A stretch of 64,000 nt of DNA from IMG/VR virus record IMGVR_UViG_3300025150_000002, positions 32,001-96,000 of that record; one strand, given 5' to 3'. The position numbers were made by a program, and so were the translations under genes. The stretch is from a virus (lineage: Duplodnaviria > Caudoviricetes). Every line of letters starts with the position of its first letter. Positions within the stretch are counted from its first letter, which is position 1. This document shows, piece by piece, positions 38,437 through 46,032 of this stretch. The notes below the pieces were generated by a model. The model worked only from the letters and a program-made list of their open reading frames with translations. It was not told the DNA's origin and searched no databases.

Positions 38437-38883
38437 TTAGAGCGAGAGCTGAACCTTGCTGTTGACGCCCTGGCCCAGGGTCGCGTCGCTGGAGACGCGG
38501 GTGGCCGAGAAGCGGCTGTTGACGGTCAGCCCGTCAATCTGGTGGTTACCCGAGGCGGCGTTCGCCAGCAGTGCAACCTTGTGCTCACCCTTGGTCAGTA
38601 CCACGGGCAGCTCTACATGGAACTCATGCGCGAGCTGACCGGTCAGATAGGTGTGAGCAGCAAGGGGCAGCACAGACGCGGCCACGAAGCCAGCACCTGA
38701 GTCAACCGCGAAGTTCAGGGTGACCAGCTCGGCGGTGACGCCAGTGAGCCGTCCCTGGAACCGGAGGAGAAGCAGCATCTGCTCCTCCTCGACGCGGACG
38801 CTCATCTGCGACCCTGTGACATTGGCGGCGCCACCGGTGGGCAGCGTAACGTCTCCGAACTGAACGAAGCTGTAGAGGCTCAT
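38437..38883 (-). CDS. hypothetical beta-rich protein
   Basis: AAGGAG RBS, 148 aa. Confidence 0.75.
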   Translation of the reverse strand: MSLYSFVQFGDVTLPTGGAANVTGSQMSVRVEEEQMLLLLRFQGRLTGVTAELVTLNFAVDSGAGFVAASVLPLAAHTYLTGQLAHEFHVELPVVLTKGEHKVALLANAASGNHQIDGLTVNSRFSATRVSSDATLGQGVNSKVQLSL

Positions 38884-38939
38884 GTTGGTTCTCCTTGTTT
38901 CCTAGGTAGATCAACCAGGTTTGTTCTAAGCCGCAAGGC

Positions 38940-39404
38940 TTAGAGACCCTGGTTGCTCCCGTAGTTGGCGTTGTGAAGGCCGAAGTCGAACCGGCCGGTG
39001 ACACCACTGTTGGCGAGCGTGCCAGCGGTGACCTTGATCACCGAGACGCGGACACCAGCCTCGTCCTCCTTGATGATCAGCCGAGCCAGCAGGTCGGTGG
39101 TGATCTGAGCGTTGCCGAGGTAGGCGTTCAGGGTCGTGCTGAGCACGGTGCGGACGACGTTGCCGCTCCAGTCGATGATCTCGACTGCACGAACAGCGGC
39201 GTCGGCCACGGCAAGCACAGCGTTCAGCTGCAACACCGCGAGGCCACCCTCGAACTCCTGACGAGTGTAGGGGCGCACGACGTGGTCGATCGTGTTGCGC
39301 TCGACCGGAAGGTTGCGAGGCCGAAGGACCTCAAAGGGTACCGCTGCGACATTGGTCACACTGGCCAATGCTGACGGCACACCGTACTGAGTGCGGACTG
39401 TCAT
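38940..39404 (-). CDS. hypothetical protein
   Basis: AGGAG RBS, 154 aa. Confidence 0.75.
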   Translation of the reverse strand: MTVRTQYGVPSALASVTNVAAVPFEVLRPRNLPVERNTIDHVVRPYTRQEFEGGLAVLQLNAVLAVADAAVRAVEIIDWSGNVVRTVLSTTLNAYLGNAQITTDLLARLIIKEDEAGVRVSVIKVTAGTLANSGVTGRFDFGLHNANYGSNQGL

Positions 39405-39587
39405 GATTCTCTCCTGCCCTATTGGTTAGGCGTCAATCACCCAAATGGTGATGCAGCTATCGTAATAGCATCAATGCTGCTAGGCAATACACATCCCTAC
39501 TTCTTTAGGGAGTGAACCCCGATTGAGAGAGCGCCCCGTGCGCGACTGGGGGGTTGGGCTTGCGTATTACGGACGGAAAGTAAGGAC

Positions 39588-39947
39588 TTAGCCGATCCCG
39601 CCGGTTAGCGTCTTCAAGCCAGCCTTGGCGATCATGCCCAGTGAGGCTCCGACCACGCCCATGACCTTACCGAAGGACTCCCAGAAAGTCCGAACTGCGA
39701 GAACCTCGCCGGCCACCTTCAGGTTGAGGAGTTGAGCGTGGATGTGCTTCTCCTCCTCAGAGACATCAGCGCCTCCCATTTTCTGGACAGCGAGACGTCC
39801 AGCATCCTTGGCGACATCTGCCAGGATATCCTTGACTTCGGCCTTGACCCCATCCCAGGCGCTGCCGAAGTCTTCCTTGACCTGGTCAAGAACCTTGGCT
39901 CCAAGGTCCTTGGCAAGATCCTCCAGGCTTCCTACTAGCTCGCTCAT
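39588..39947 (-). CDS. amphipathic helical protein with C-terminal hydrophobic segment
   Basis: ATG 39947 (MSELVGSLE) directly after the lipoprotein gene. Confidence 0.65.
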   Translation of the reverse strand: MSELVGSLEDLAKDLGAKVLDQVKEDFGSAWDGVKAEVKDILADVAKDAGRLAVQKMGGADVSEEEKHIHAQLLNLKVAGEVLAVRTFWESFGKVMGVVGASLGMIAKAGLKTLTGGIG

Positions 39948-39951
39948 GAAG

Positions 39952-40224
39952 TTACTGCCCTTCCCCGCTAGGAGCGGGCTGGACTGGCTGCTCAGCCTGT
40001 TCCAGGCGAAGCTTCCAGGTGGAAATAGTGCGCTCACGGCGCTTCTTCTCGTCGGAGTCGAGAGACTGATCACCCTGCACGTATTGCAGATACTTCGGGG
40101 CGACCGCGTCGTAGGTGGCCCGATCAGCGGCAGTGTAGTCCGCGCGGATCAGGTCAGTGGTTGCGCAGCAACCGGCGGTGGACAGGAGTGCGATGGACAG
40201 GATTGAGGCGCGTAGTAGCTTCAC
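39952..40224 (-). CDS. small lipoprotein (spanin-like candidate)
   Basis: GGAGG RBS; signal peptide with lipobox TAG-C. Confidence 0.6.
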   Translation of the reverse strand: MKLLRASILSIALLSTAGCCATTDLIRADYTAADRATYDAVAPKYLQYVQGDQSLDSDEKKRRERTISTWKLRLEQAEQPVQPAPSGEGQ

Positions 40225-40272
40225 GATTTCCTCCGTGACTTGGATTATCTGATGCGCAGTCCGAAAAGTCTA

Positions 40273-40794
40273 TCAGGTTACCGGCGTGCCTGGGATGACC
40301 TCTACATTATTAACCGACATCGTGAGTGACTCGATGGATACGTCACTTGAGGAGGCATCCATGTTCGTTGACGGGGTCCACCCCTTAGGAACGCAGCCAA
40401 ACAGGTTGTAAACCCGTCTGGGAATCAACTTATCGCGGCCCGTCTGCACGACCGTGAAATTCCGACGAGGGGCACCTGTTCCCCACACCGCCTGGAAGAG
40501 CCACAGGTAGAAGTCCATAGAAAGCGATGTGACTGCAGATTCGATCGTACAATCACCAGCTTTCAGGAACCCAAGGGGAACCTCGTGGGCCCACGGCCAA
40601 TTTCCTTCCTGAATCGTCTTCGTCTGCATGGTGACGTTCGGGATGGAGATGGACTTGAAGCTCAGCAATTGTCCCTCGGAGGCTCCCTGGCCGACCTTGA
40701 ATGGAAACGCCACAGGCAGCAGGCTGATCGTGGGAATGTCCAGCAGGTAGAACGAGTAGTTCTGGAGTGGATCTGTGTCTTCGGCTCTAGCCAT
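40273..40794 (-). CDS. tail tube protein paralog (T4 gp19-like)
   Basis: MARAEDTDPLQNYSF...FKSISIP...EGN...FNLFGCVP..W..ST.MDASSSDVSIESL. Confidence 0.85.
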   Translation of the reverse strand: MARAEDTDPLQNYSFYLLDIPTISLLPVAFPFKVGQGASEGQLLSFKSISIPNVTMQTKTIQEGNWPWAHEVPLGFLKAGDCTIESAVTSLSMDFYLWLFQAVWGTGAPRRNFTVVQTGRDKLIPRRVYNLFGCVPKGWTPSTNMDASSSDVSIESLTMSVNNVEVIPGTPVT

Positions 40795-40816
40795 AACCGC
40801 CTCGTGTGAGCATCAT

Positions 40817-40831
40817 TGAGTCTATCAGAAT
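40817..40831 (+). promoter_or_regulatory. TGAGTCT-N3-AGAAT motif copy 3
   Basis: TGAGTCTATCAGAAT in a divergent intergenic region. Confidence 0.55.
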
Positions 40832-40893
40832 ACGTCCGACAGCCGAGGCCTGATTACCCGTATGTTACAGGAACCCCCACAAGGAGATTTCCC

Positions 40894-40959
40894 ATGCGTC
40901 TGCTCGAACAGCTCTCTGTTTCAGTCAATCGACGGAACACAAGTAGCTACCACTTCTAG
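40894..40959 (+). CDS. 21-codon leader ORF, in frame with the 41071 gene
   Basis: AAGGAG RBS 7 nt before ATG; MRLLEQLSVSVNRRNTSSYHF*. Confidence 0.45.
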   Translation: MRLLEQLSVSVNRRNTSSYHF

Positions 40960-41070
40960 GTAGGCGACTAGAGAGCGGTTCTCTAGGGCCTGCCAAGTAG
41001 CGGTGCTACCAAGCAGGAGCTAGAAGTAAACGACAAGCGCAGCATCGAGGCCGCGTTCGCGAAGGCGAAC

Positions 41071-41850
41071 GTGCCTCTGGAGATCACCAAGCGGTCCATC
41101 AACCGCCGGCTGATCAACGGCGGTGGCGGGCAGATCGTCCAGATGGGCATCGTCCGTGACCGTCAGGGTAACGAGATCATCCAGATGAACATCCCCGACG
41201 GGGAGGACATCAACGTGCGGGCGCTCGGGGCCGACCCTGAGCACCAGCAAGTCGTGATGATGGTCCACGAGCCCGACCGGAAGATCACCGAGCGGCGGTG
41301 GAACTCCGGGACGAAGCAGTTCGAGAACGCGACCATCAAGGTCCCCGGTGGGAAGCGCCGCTTCCTGGTGGGGATGGACGAGTGCCACCTCTTCATCGCC
41401 CAGATGCCCAACACGGCTGGGGCGACCTCGGTCAAGCAGGCTCACGAGGACCTGCGGCCCCGGGGCGTGCCGAAGGGCCGCAAGGCCAAGAAGCAGAAGG
41501 TGAAGCGGACCGGAGAGTGGTTCTTGACGCCCGCGAGCTCCGAGGAGCTCAAGGCGATCGAGGACCACATCAAGGTCTATGGCATCCGCAAGAAGGTTGG
41601 GATCGGGTCTCACCTGGGCCGCATGCGGGGTCGCCCGCACGTGGTCAGCGAGTCCGTCGTCGTCGGGTTCCGCACCCGCATCGAGGACCCCACGACTGGT
41701 CAGCACCGGATCCTGGTGGCCCGCCGGGGGACGGAGTACGTCCGGGGCCGGATCCTCCACCCCGACCACAAGGTGGTCGATGTGAAGGTCTGGTCCAAGG
41801 TGACCATGAACGCCGAGGACCGGGCCGCCGGGGCCCAGTGGGTGGATTAG
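41071..41850 (+). CDS. conserved-looking hypothetical protein (start uncertain)
   Basis: Frame open from 40987; FLVGMDECHLF, RTGEWF and YVRGRILHPDH motifs; very GC-rich third positions. Confidence 0.75.
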   Translation: MPLEITKRSINRRLINGGGGQIVQMGIVRDRQGNEIIQMNIPDGEDINVRALGADPEHQQVVMMVHEPDRKITERRWNSGTKQFENATIKVPGGKRRFLVGMDECHLFIAQMPNTAGATSVKQAHEDLRPRGVPKGRKAKKQKVKRTGEWFLTPASSEELKAIEDHIKVYGIRKKVGIGSHLGRMRGRPHVVSESVVVGFRTRIEDPTTGQHRILVARRGTEYVRGRILHPDHKVVDVKVWSKVTMNAEDRAAGAQWVD

Positions 41851-41893
41851 GAAGTTGATTCAAGGGGCCAGGCGATCACCTGGCCCCGCTTCC

Positions 41894-42271
41894 TTAGATG
41901 CTGGCCAATCGGTCGAGGACGGTGGTATCGATCAGGCCGGCGATAACCACCTTGGCGAGAGGGTACGGCTCAACAGGATCTTCGGCCACCAACACCTCAT
42001 TCTCCATGTTGTCCAGATTCAGCCAGACCGGGATTTTGAAGAGCGAGCCGACCCGCGCCACCATTTGGCCAGGCGTGGACAGCCGGTCCGCAAACCACAC
42101 TCGTGGGGCAGAGACCTCAAGTATGGACGCTATTTCGGCGCTAACAACGAAAACAGCATCCTTATTACCGGCCTCACGGAACGCCAACAGCATGAATTGT
42201 GGCAACTGCCTGCAGTGCTCTTGCAGCGCGACGCCAGAAGGGGGTGTGTAACGCCAAGATACGGTGATCAT
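41894..42271 (-). CDS. small protein resembling a T4 gp23-type capsid A-domain fragment; paralog of 43235
   Basis: GNKDAVFVVSAEIASIL...VGSLFKIPVWLN...EVLV; ends VLDRLASI. Confidence 0.6.
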   Translation of the reverse strand: MITVSWRYTPPSGVALQEHCRQLPQFMLLAFREAGNKDAVFVVSAEIASILEVSAPRVWFADRLSTPGQMVARVGSLFKIPVWLNLDNMENEVLVAEDPVEPYPLAKVVIAGLIDTTVLDRLASI

Positions 42272-42798
42272 TTGTCTTGGTAGCGGAACTTGAGGTGATC
42301 GTAGGTCAACAAGTTAAACTCGGGCGTGTTTGGGCTGATGGGCAGCAACGGTGTTGGGTCAAGCAAGTCGCCGGGCGGTTGATCCGTGATCCGCCACCAA
42401 CCAGTCGCCCGAGCGCCAGACCGCATAAGCTCCAAATGAAGCATGACCATCGGTCGGCCTTTGAACCGTTGAAGAACGGGTGCCACATAACCGATAATGT
42501 CACCCTGCTCGACGGATGCACCGACCTTTAGCCCTGTCGTAACCTCACCGTAGACGACCACACCGCTCGCACCCTCGACGAGTACAGCATCTGTAGGACA
42601 CCACCAAGACGACCCGGCCTTCTCGCCGGTGAAAGGCTCGATGTTGACTACCAAGCCTCTTTCTACAGCAACAACCGGAGTGCCAACCTCGCAGTAAAGG
42701 TCTACCCCGGTGTGCCGGTCGAACCGCCTCAAGGCGCCAAAAGAACCAGCGTTATCAGGCAACAGCGGATCAGCGAGTAGCGGCCAAATCCAGCTCAC
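42268..42798 (-). CDS. M23/LytM family peptidase-like protein
   Basis: HTGVD (HxxxD), GTPVVAVERG, GASVEQGDIIG, MLHLE. Confidence 0.8.
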   Translation of the reverse strand: MSWIWPLLADPLLPDNAGSFGALRRFDRHTGVDLYCEVGTPVVAVERGLVVNIEPFTGEKAGSSWWCPTDAVLVEGASGVVVYGEVTTGLKVGASVEQGDIIGYVAPVLQRFKGRPMVMLHLELMRSGARATGWWRITDQPPGDLLDPTPLLPISPNTPEFNLLTYDHLKFRYQDK

Positions 42799-43220
42799 TA
42801 CACCTCCCTCGCATCACCCAGGTAAACCGGAACAGGATACAACCCGAACGAGAACCGAGGCCAACGTCCGCACGGGCATGAGTAGACGTAGATGTCCTCG
42901 GATTCGTTTTCGTAGGCGCCGTATACTCCAGGCGCACGGGTGAGGTCTCGGTTGCACGTGCAGTAGACCGCGTTGGAGTAGGCCGGGCCGCCGTTCTCTT
43001 CACAGTAAGGCTTCCCGCGTACGATACCCCCCGGGTGGTTTCCTGTCATGCGGTAACACTCCTCGCGCTTCATTCTGACCCAGATCTCGCCGTGGCACGG
43101 ATCTCCAAGTGTCTGTCGCTCCCAGTGACCACCCCAGAGTCGGCGGTAGACAGGTAGGAAGCTCAGGCAATGGTCAATGATGTAGAAGGGCGAGAAAAGA
43201 ACCAGTAGAACCATATTCAT
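42798..43220 (-). CDS. Cys-rich hypothetical protein
   Basis: 140-aa ORF; GGTAGAAC-N6-ATG leader. Confidence 0.6.
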   Translation of the reverse strand: MNMVLLVLFSPFYIIDHCLSFLPVYRRLWGGHWERQTLGDPCHGEIWVRMKREECYRMTGNHPGGIVRGKPYCEENGGPAYSNAVYCTCNRDLTRAPGVYGAYENESEDIYVYSCPCGRWPRFSFGLYPVPVYLGDAREV

Positions 43221-43234
43221 GGTGTAGTTCTACC

Positions 43235-43630
43235 TCATCTGATCTGAGCCAGTCGGTCGAGCGCCCGGACGGTTACAAAGTTGATGAGCCTGATTTTGGC
43301 CCGAGGCTGAAGGTCCTCTGGATCGTCGACGATGAGAACCTCATCGGCCCGAACGGCCGTGTTGGCCCAGATAGGGACGCCCCCAAGTCTTCCGGCCGCA
43401 ATGGAACTTCCCGTTGGCCCGTCCCATAAGAACTCTTTACCCAGGAAGGCCGAGGATGTGCAGATCAACATCGATATGGTCATAGGGTGAGACAGAATCA
43501 CTCCCTTTCCTCCGGTCTCGAAAAATATCTGCACCATCATGAGCGCTAGCCCTTGCATGTGATCTATGGCGGAGACGCCCATAGGGATGGCGTGGTCCCA
43601 CATCCGGGTGAAGATCTGCTCGTTCTGCAT
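43235..43630 (-). CDS. small protein resembling a capsid A-domain fragment; paralog of 41894
   Basis: GGKGVILSHPMTISML...AGRLGGVPIWAN...DEVLI; ends ALDRLAQIR. Confidence 0.6.
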   Translation of the reverse strand: MQNEQIFTRMWDHAIPMGVSAIDHMQGLALMMVQIFFETGGKGVILSHPMTISMLICTSSAFLGKEFLWDGPTGSSIAAGRLGGVPIWANTAVRADEVLIVDDPEDLQPRAKIRLINFVTVRALDRLAQIR

Positions 43631-43718
43631 CTTTAGGCTGCCCTGTCTAGTGTAGACTGATGCTACTGCCGGTGTTACCCGGGCTTAGACCTACCAGCCT
43701 ACATCACAAGGTCTCACG

Positions 43719-43919
43719 ATGCACCTCCACCGAAACTTCGTATGGACTCTGAACCTGAGCGACCGAGAGCTAAAGGTCATCATCAAGTGTCTTCAGGATG
43801 AAGATCTCACAGACGATGAGCAGAGCCTCGTCGACAAGCTGTCCGAGACACTGCCCGAGAACGCGGTTCGCCTAGAGCGGGTCAGTACGGGCCGCAAGCG
43901 CAATACGCCCAAGAATTGA
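43719..43919 (+). CDS. hypothetical protein
   Basis: 66-aa ORF; GTG-TAGACT box upstream; hairpin downstream. Confidence 0.6.
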   Translation: MHLHRNFVWTLNLSDRELKVIIKCLQDEDLTDDEQSLVDKLSETLPENAVRLERVSTGRKRNTPKN

Positions 43920-43936
43920 CCCGTCCGTACACGGAA

Positions 43937-43961
43937 ACGCGGCCCACGAAATGGGCCGCGT
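43937..43961. terminator. hairpin between convergent genes
   Basis: ACGCGGCCCA-cgaaa-TGGGCCGCGT perfect 10-bp stem. Confidence 0.7.
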
Positions 43962-43997
43962 CTCTACATCCAACTGAATCGGCGGACTTGACGGGGG

Positions 43998-45143
43998 CTA
44001 GTTAACCACCAGCTCCACCACGATCTTCTTGGCGTAGTAGTTGATGAGACTATGGCTAACTCCGAGCTCGTGGGCGATGTTCTTCTGGGTCTTACCGTCA
44101 GCTAGTAGACCAGGGATGGATGCGATCTGCTCTGTCGTGAGCTTGGCATTCCCGTGCCTTTGAATCAGACTGGGAAGTCCCCAGGCGCAGCCGCGCAGGA
44201 TCGCAGAAATCTGCGCCGGTGTCACTCCATACTCGACAGCCAGTTGCTTACCGGTGACCTGACTGGCTGACTTAAGACCCTTCTGGTATCTGGTTCTGAT
44301 CTCATCAACCTGTGCACGGCTCAGCTTTGCCATACCGTGGCTGTCGCCTCTAGGTCGGTTTGATGGGTTTGCCTTGAGCGCGGCTTGCATTTTATCGATG
44401 TTACGCCTAGCGTAATCTGGATCCCTGTTCCACGGGTGTCTCTCGCCGCGCAGCACCTTCTCTGGATACTTGCGCGTCCAGTGATCATCGCCGGTGGGTG
44501 CGGTCTGGCCGCCATCAGCGTCGTTGGTCAGAAGGTTCAATCCTATTGAACTGATGTGCTCGACTTCGAGCTTCAGCGCCTCGGACTCGGTGAGCTTCTC
44601 GGCAATCCTGCGCTCAGCAGGACTGAGCCCCATCTTGAGCAGCTTGCGGATCACAGAGAACTTATGACCCTTCTTTCCCTTCTTCGCCTTCCTGATGTGA
44701 TCGCCGATCCTCGGGCAGTGCCGATCCGAGCCCTTACCCACGTAGAACACCTTGTTGGTGTCTGGTCGGATCAACTCGTAGACGTAGTAGATAGGGGTCG
44801 GATCAAGGTCTGGCGAGTCAGGGTCTGCCTGCTGATGGACCCTTGGCCGGGAGACTCCTCTACGGGAGCACCGTACACCTTGCTGCTCCCTCAATCCATC
44901 AATGAGCGTGTTCGCAGAATCCTTATCCAGGTTGGTAGCCTTTACCTCCTGGACAGGTGCAATCCCACGAGAGCGGAGGAGTCTCACCTCGTCATACCTG
45001 CGACCGGACGCCCCTGTGGCGGCCTCGTTGATGAGCCTGGTAAGACTGCTGTTCTTATGGGACTTGGCGGATTGTCTAGCAACGTGAATGACCCGACCGT
45101 CAGTCGGGTCATTCAGCGCGACCACCGAATAGCGTAACGACAT
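43998..45143 (-). CDS. free-standing GIY-YIG homing endonuclease with C-terminal DNA-binding modules
   Basis: YYVYELIRPD...FYVGKG...RI..H...EAL.LE catalytic domain; degenerate copy of it at the N-terminus; GDDHW, GERHPW, GDSHG..KL repeats and HTH. Confidence 0.85.
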   Translation of the reverse strand: MSLRYSVVALNDPTDGRVIHVARQSAKSHKNSSLTRLINEAATGASGRRYDEVRLLRSRGIAPVQEVKATNLDKDSANTLIDGLREQQGVRCSRRGVSRPRVHQQADPDSPDLDPTPIYYVYELIRPDTNKVFYVGKGSDRHCPRIGDHIRKAKKGKKGHKFSVIRKLLKMGLSPAERRIAEKLTESEALKLEVEHISSIGLNLLTNDADGGQTAPTGDDHWTRKYPEKVLRGERHPWNRDPDYARRNIDKMQAALKANPSNRPRGDSHGMAKLSRAQVDEIRTRYQKGLKSASQVTGKQLAVEYGVTPAQISAILRGCAWGLPSLIQRHGNAKLTTEQIASIPGLLADGKTQKNIAHELGVSHSLINYYAKKIVVELVVN

Positions 45144-45169
45144 GTGAGCCCCAGTATTACTGGTCTCAC
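45144..45169 (-). promoter_or_regulatory. hairpin occluding the GIY-YIG start region
   Basis: GTGAG-a-CCAGT-aat-ACTGG-gg-CTCAC immediately followed by ATG. Confidence 0.55.
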
Positions 45170-45220
45170 TCTGGTCGCGTCAGGCTGGAAATTCAACCTA
45201 AATTCGAGACCTTCTCGTAA

Positions 45221-46005
45221 CTACGTTACTACCAACTCGATGGAAACTTCCTCAACCGCAAGACTGAGCTCCTGGATCGCGACATCGGAGCTCGATGCAT
45301 CCTTGTCACCGGTCGGCTTGACAGAGGTCGGGAAGACCTCCTTCAGCTGGATCACCTTCGACGGCGAACCGTCGATGCCGAACTCGTCGGCGATGTGGTA
45401 CTCCTGGATGGTGATGTCAGAGCGGTAGGTCTCCCCACCGTTGATGCACTTGAAAATCCAGACCAGGAAGTCCGACTCCTTCTTCACGACGCCCTTGCTC
45501 AGAGAGCAATCGCCGACCTTCGGAATCCCCGGATACTTCCGGGTGTACTTATAGACACCCTCACGGTACTCGACCATGTCGACCGTGAGGTCCGGAATGC
45601 TGGCCGTCCGGAACCCGGCCACAGGGTCCAGGTTCCCGCCGGCCGGGTCGACGACGTGGAAGCGGAAGTTCGTTATGTTACGAGTTGGTCGCACCCACCA
45701 ACTCTCCTCGACTTTCACCGAGGCCCAGACTATATCATCACCCTTTCTGGGGTGCCGCGCACTTCGGGCTCGCTTGAGCCCTACTCCCTTACGGGATAGT
45801 CGTTGAACCTTCCACAGAGCTTGTGGCTTGGCTGCTGATTATCCAATTCCTGAACTTTTCAAGCCTTCACGTTTGATCTTCCGATCTCCGCAGTGGCATC
45901 AGGACTCTAAGGACTTCCCAGCAATTCACGCAGTTTTCGCTACCGGATCACTCCGGTAGGCCACTATTCCTAATGGTACAAGTCGGTGTCAACAGCACGT
46001 GCCAT
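45221..46005 (-). CDS. tail tube protein (T4 gp19-like), two exons: join complement(45973..46005, 45221..45670), 160 aa
   Basis: AAAGGAG RBS, exon 1 MARAVDTDLYH, exon 2 NFRFHV...VEYREG...RKYPG; spliced N-terminus matches paralog MARAEDTDPLQNYSF. Confidence 0.9.
45671..45972 (-). mobile_element. group I intron (302 nt, ORF-less, IA2-like)
   Basis: 5' exon ends in U and intron ends in G; P1 with U.G pair and GGAA loop; P2 (GUGA loop); P AAUUGCUGGGAA; Q AAUCAGCAGCC; R UUCAACGACUA; S GAUAUAGUCU; P7.1, P7.2, P8, P9 (GAAA), P9.1 all pair. Confidence 0.93.
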
Positions 46006-46032
46006 GACGATCTCCTTTGATCGAGTTTCAAA

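Noticed and set aside
45671-45718. ORF-track N-terminus MKVEESWWVRPTRNIT for the tail tube
   Set aside because: These codons are the P9/P9.1 region of the intron; the true start is exon 1 at 46005.
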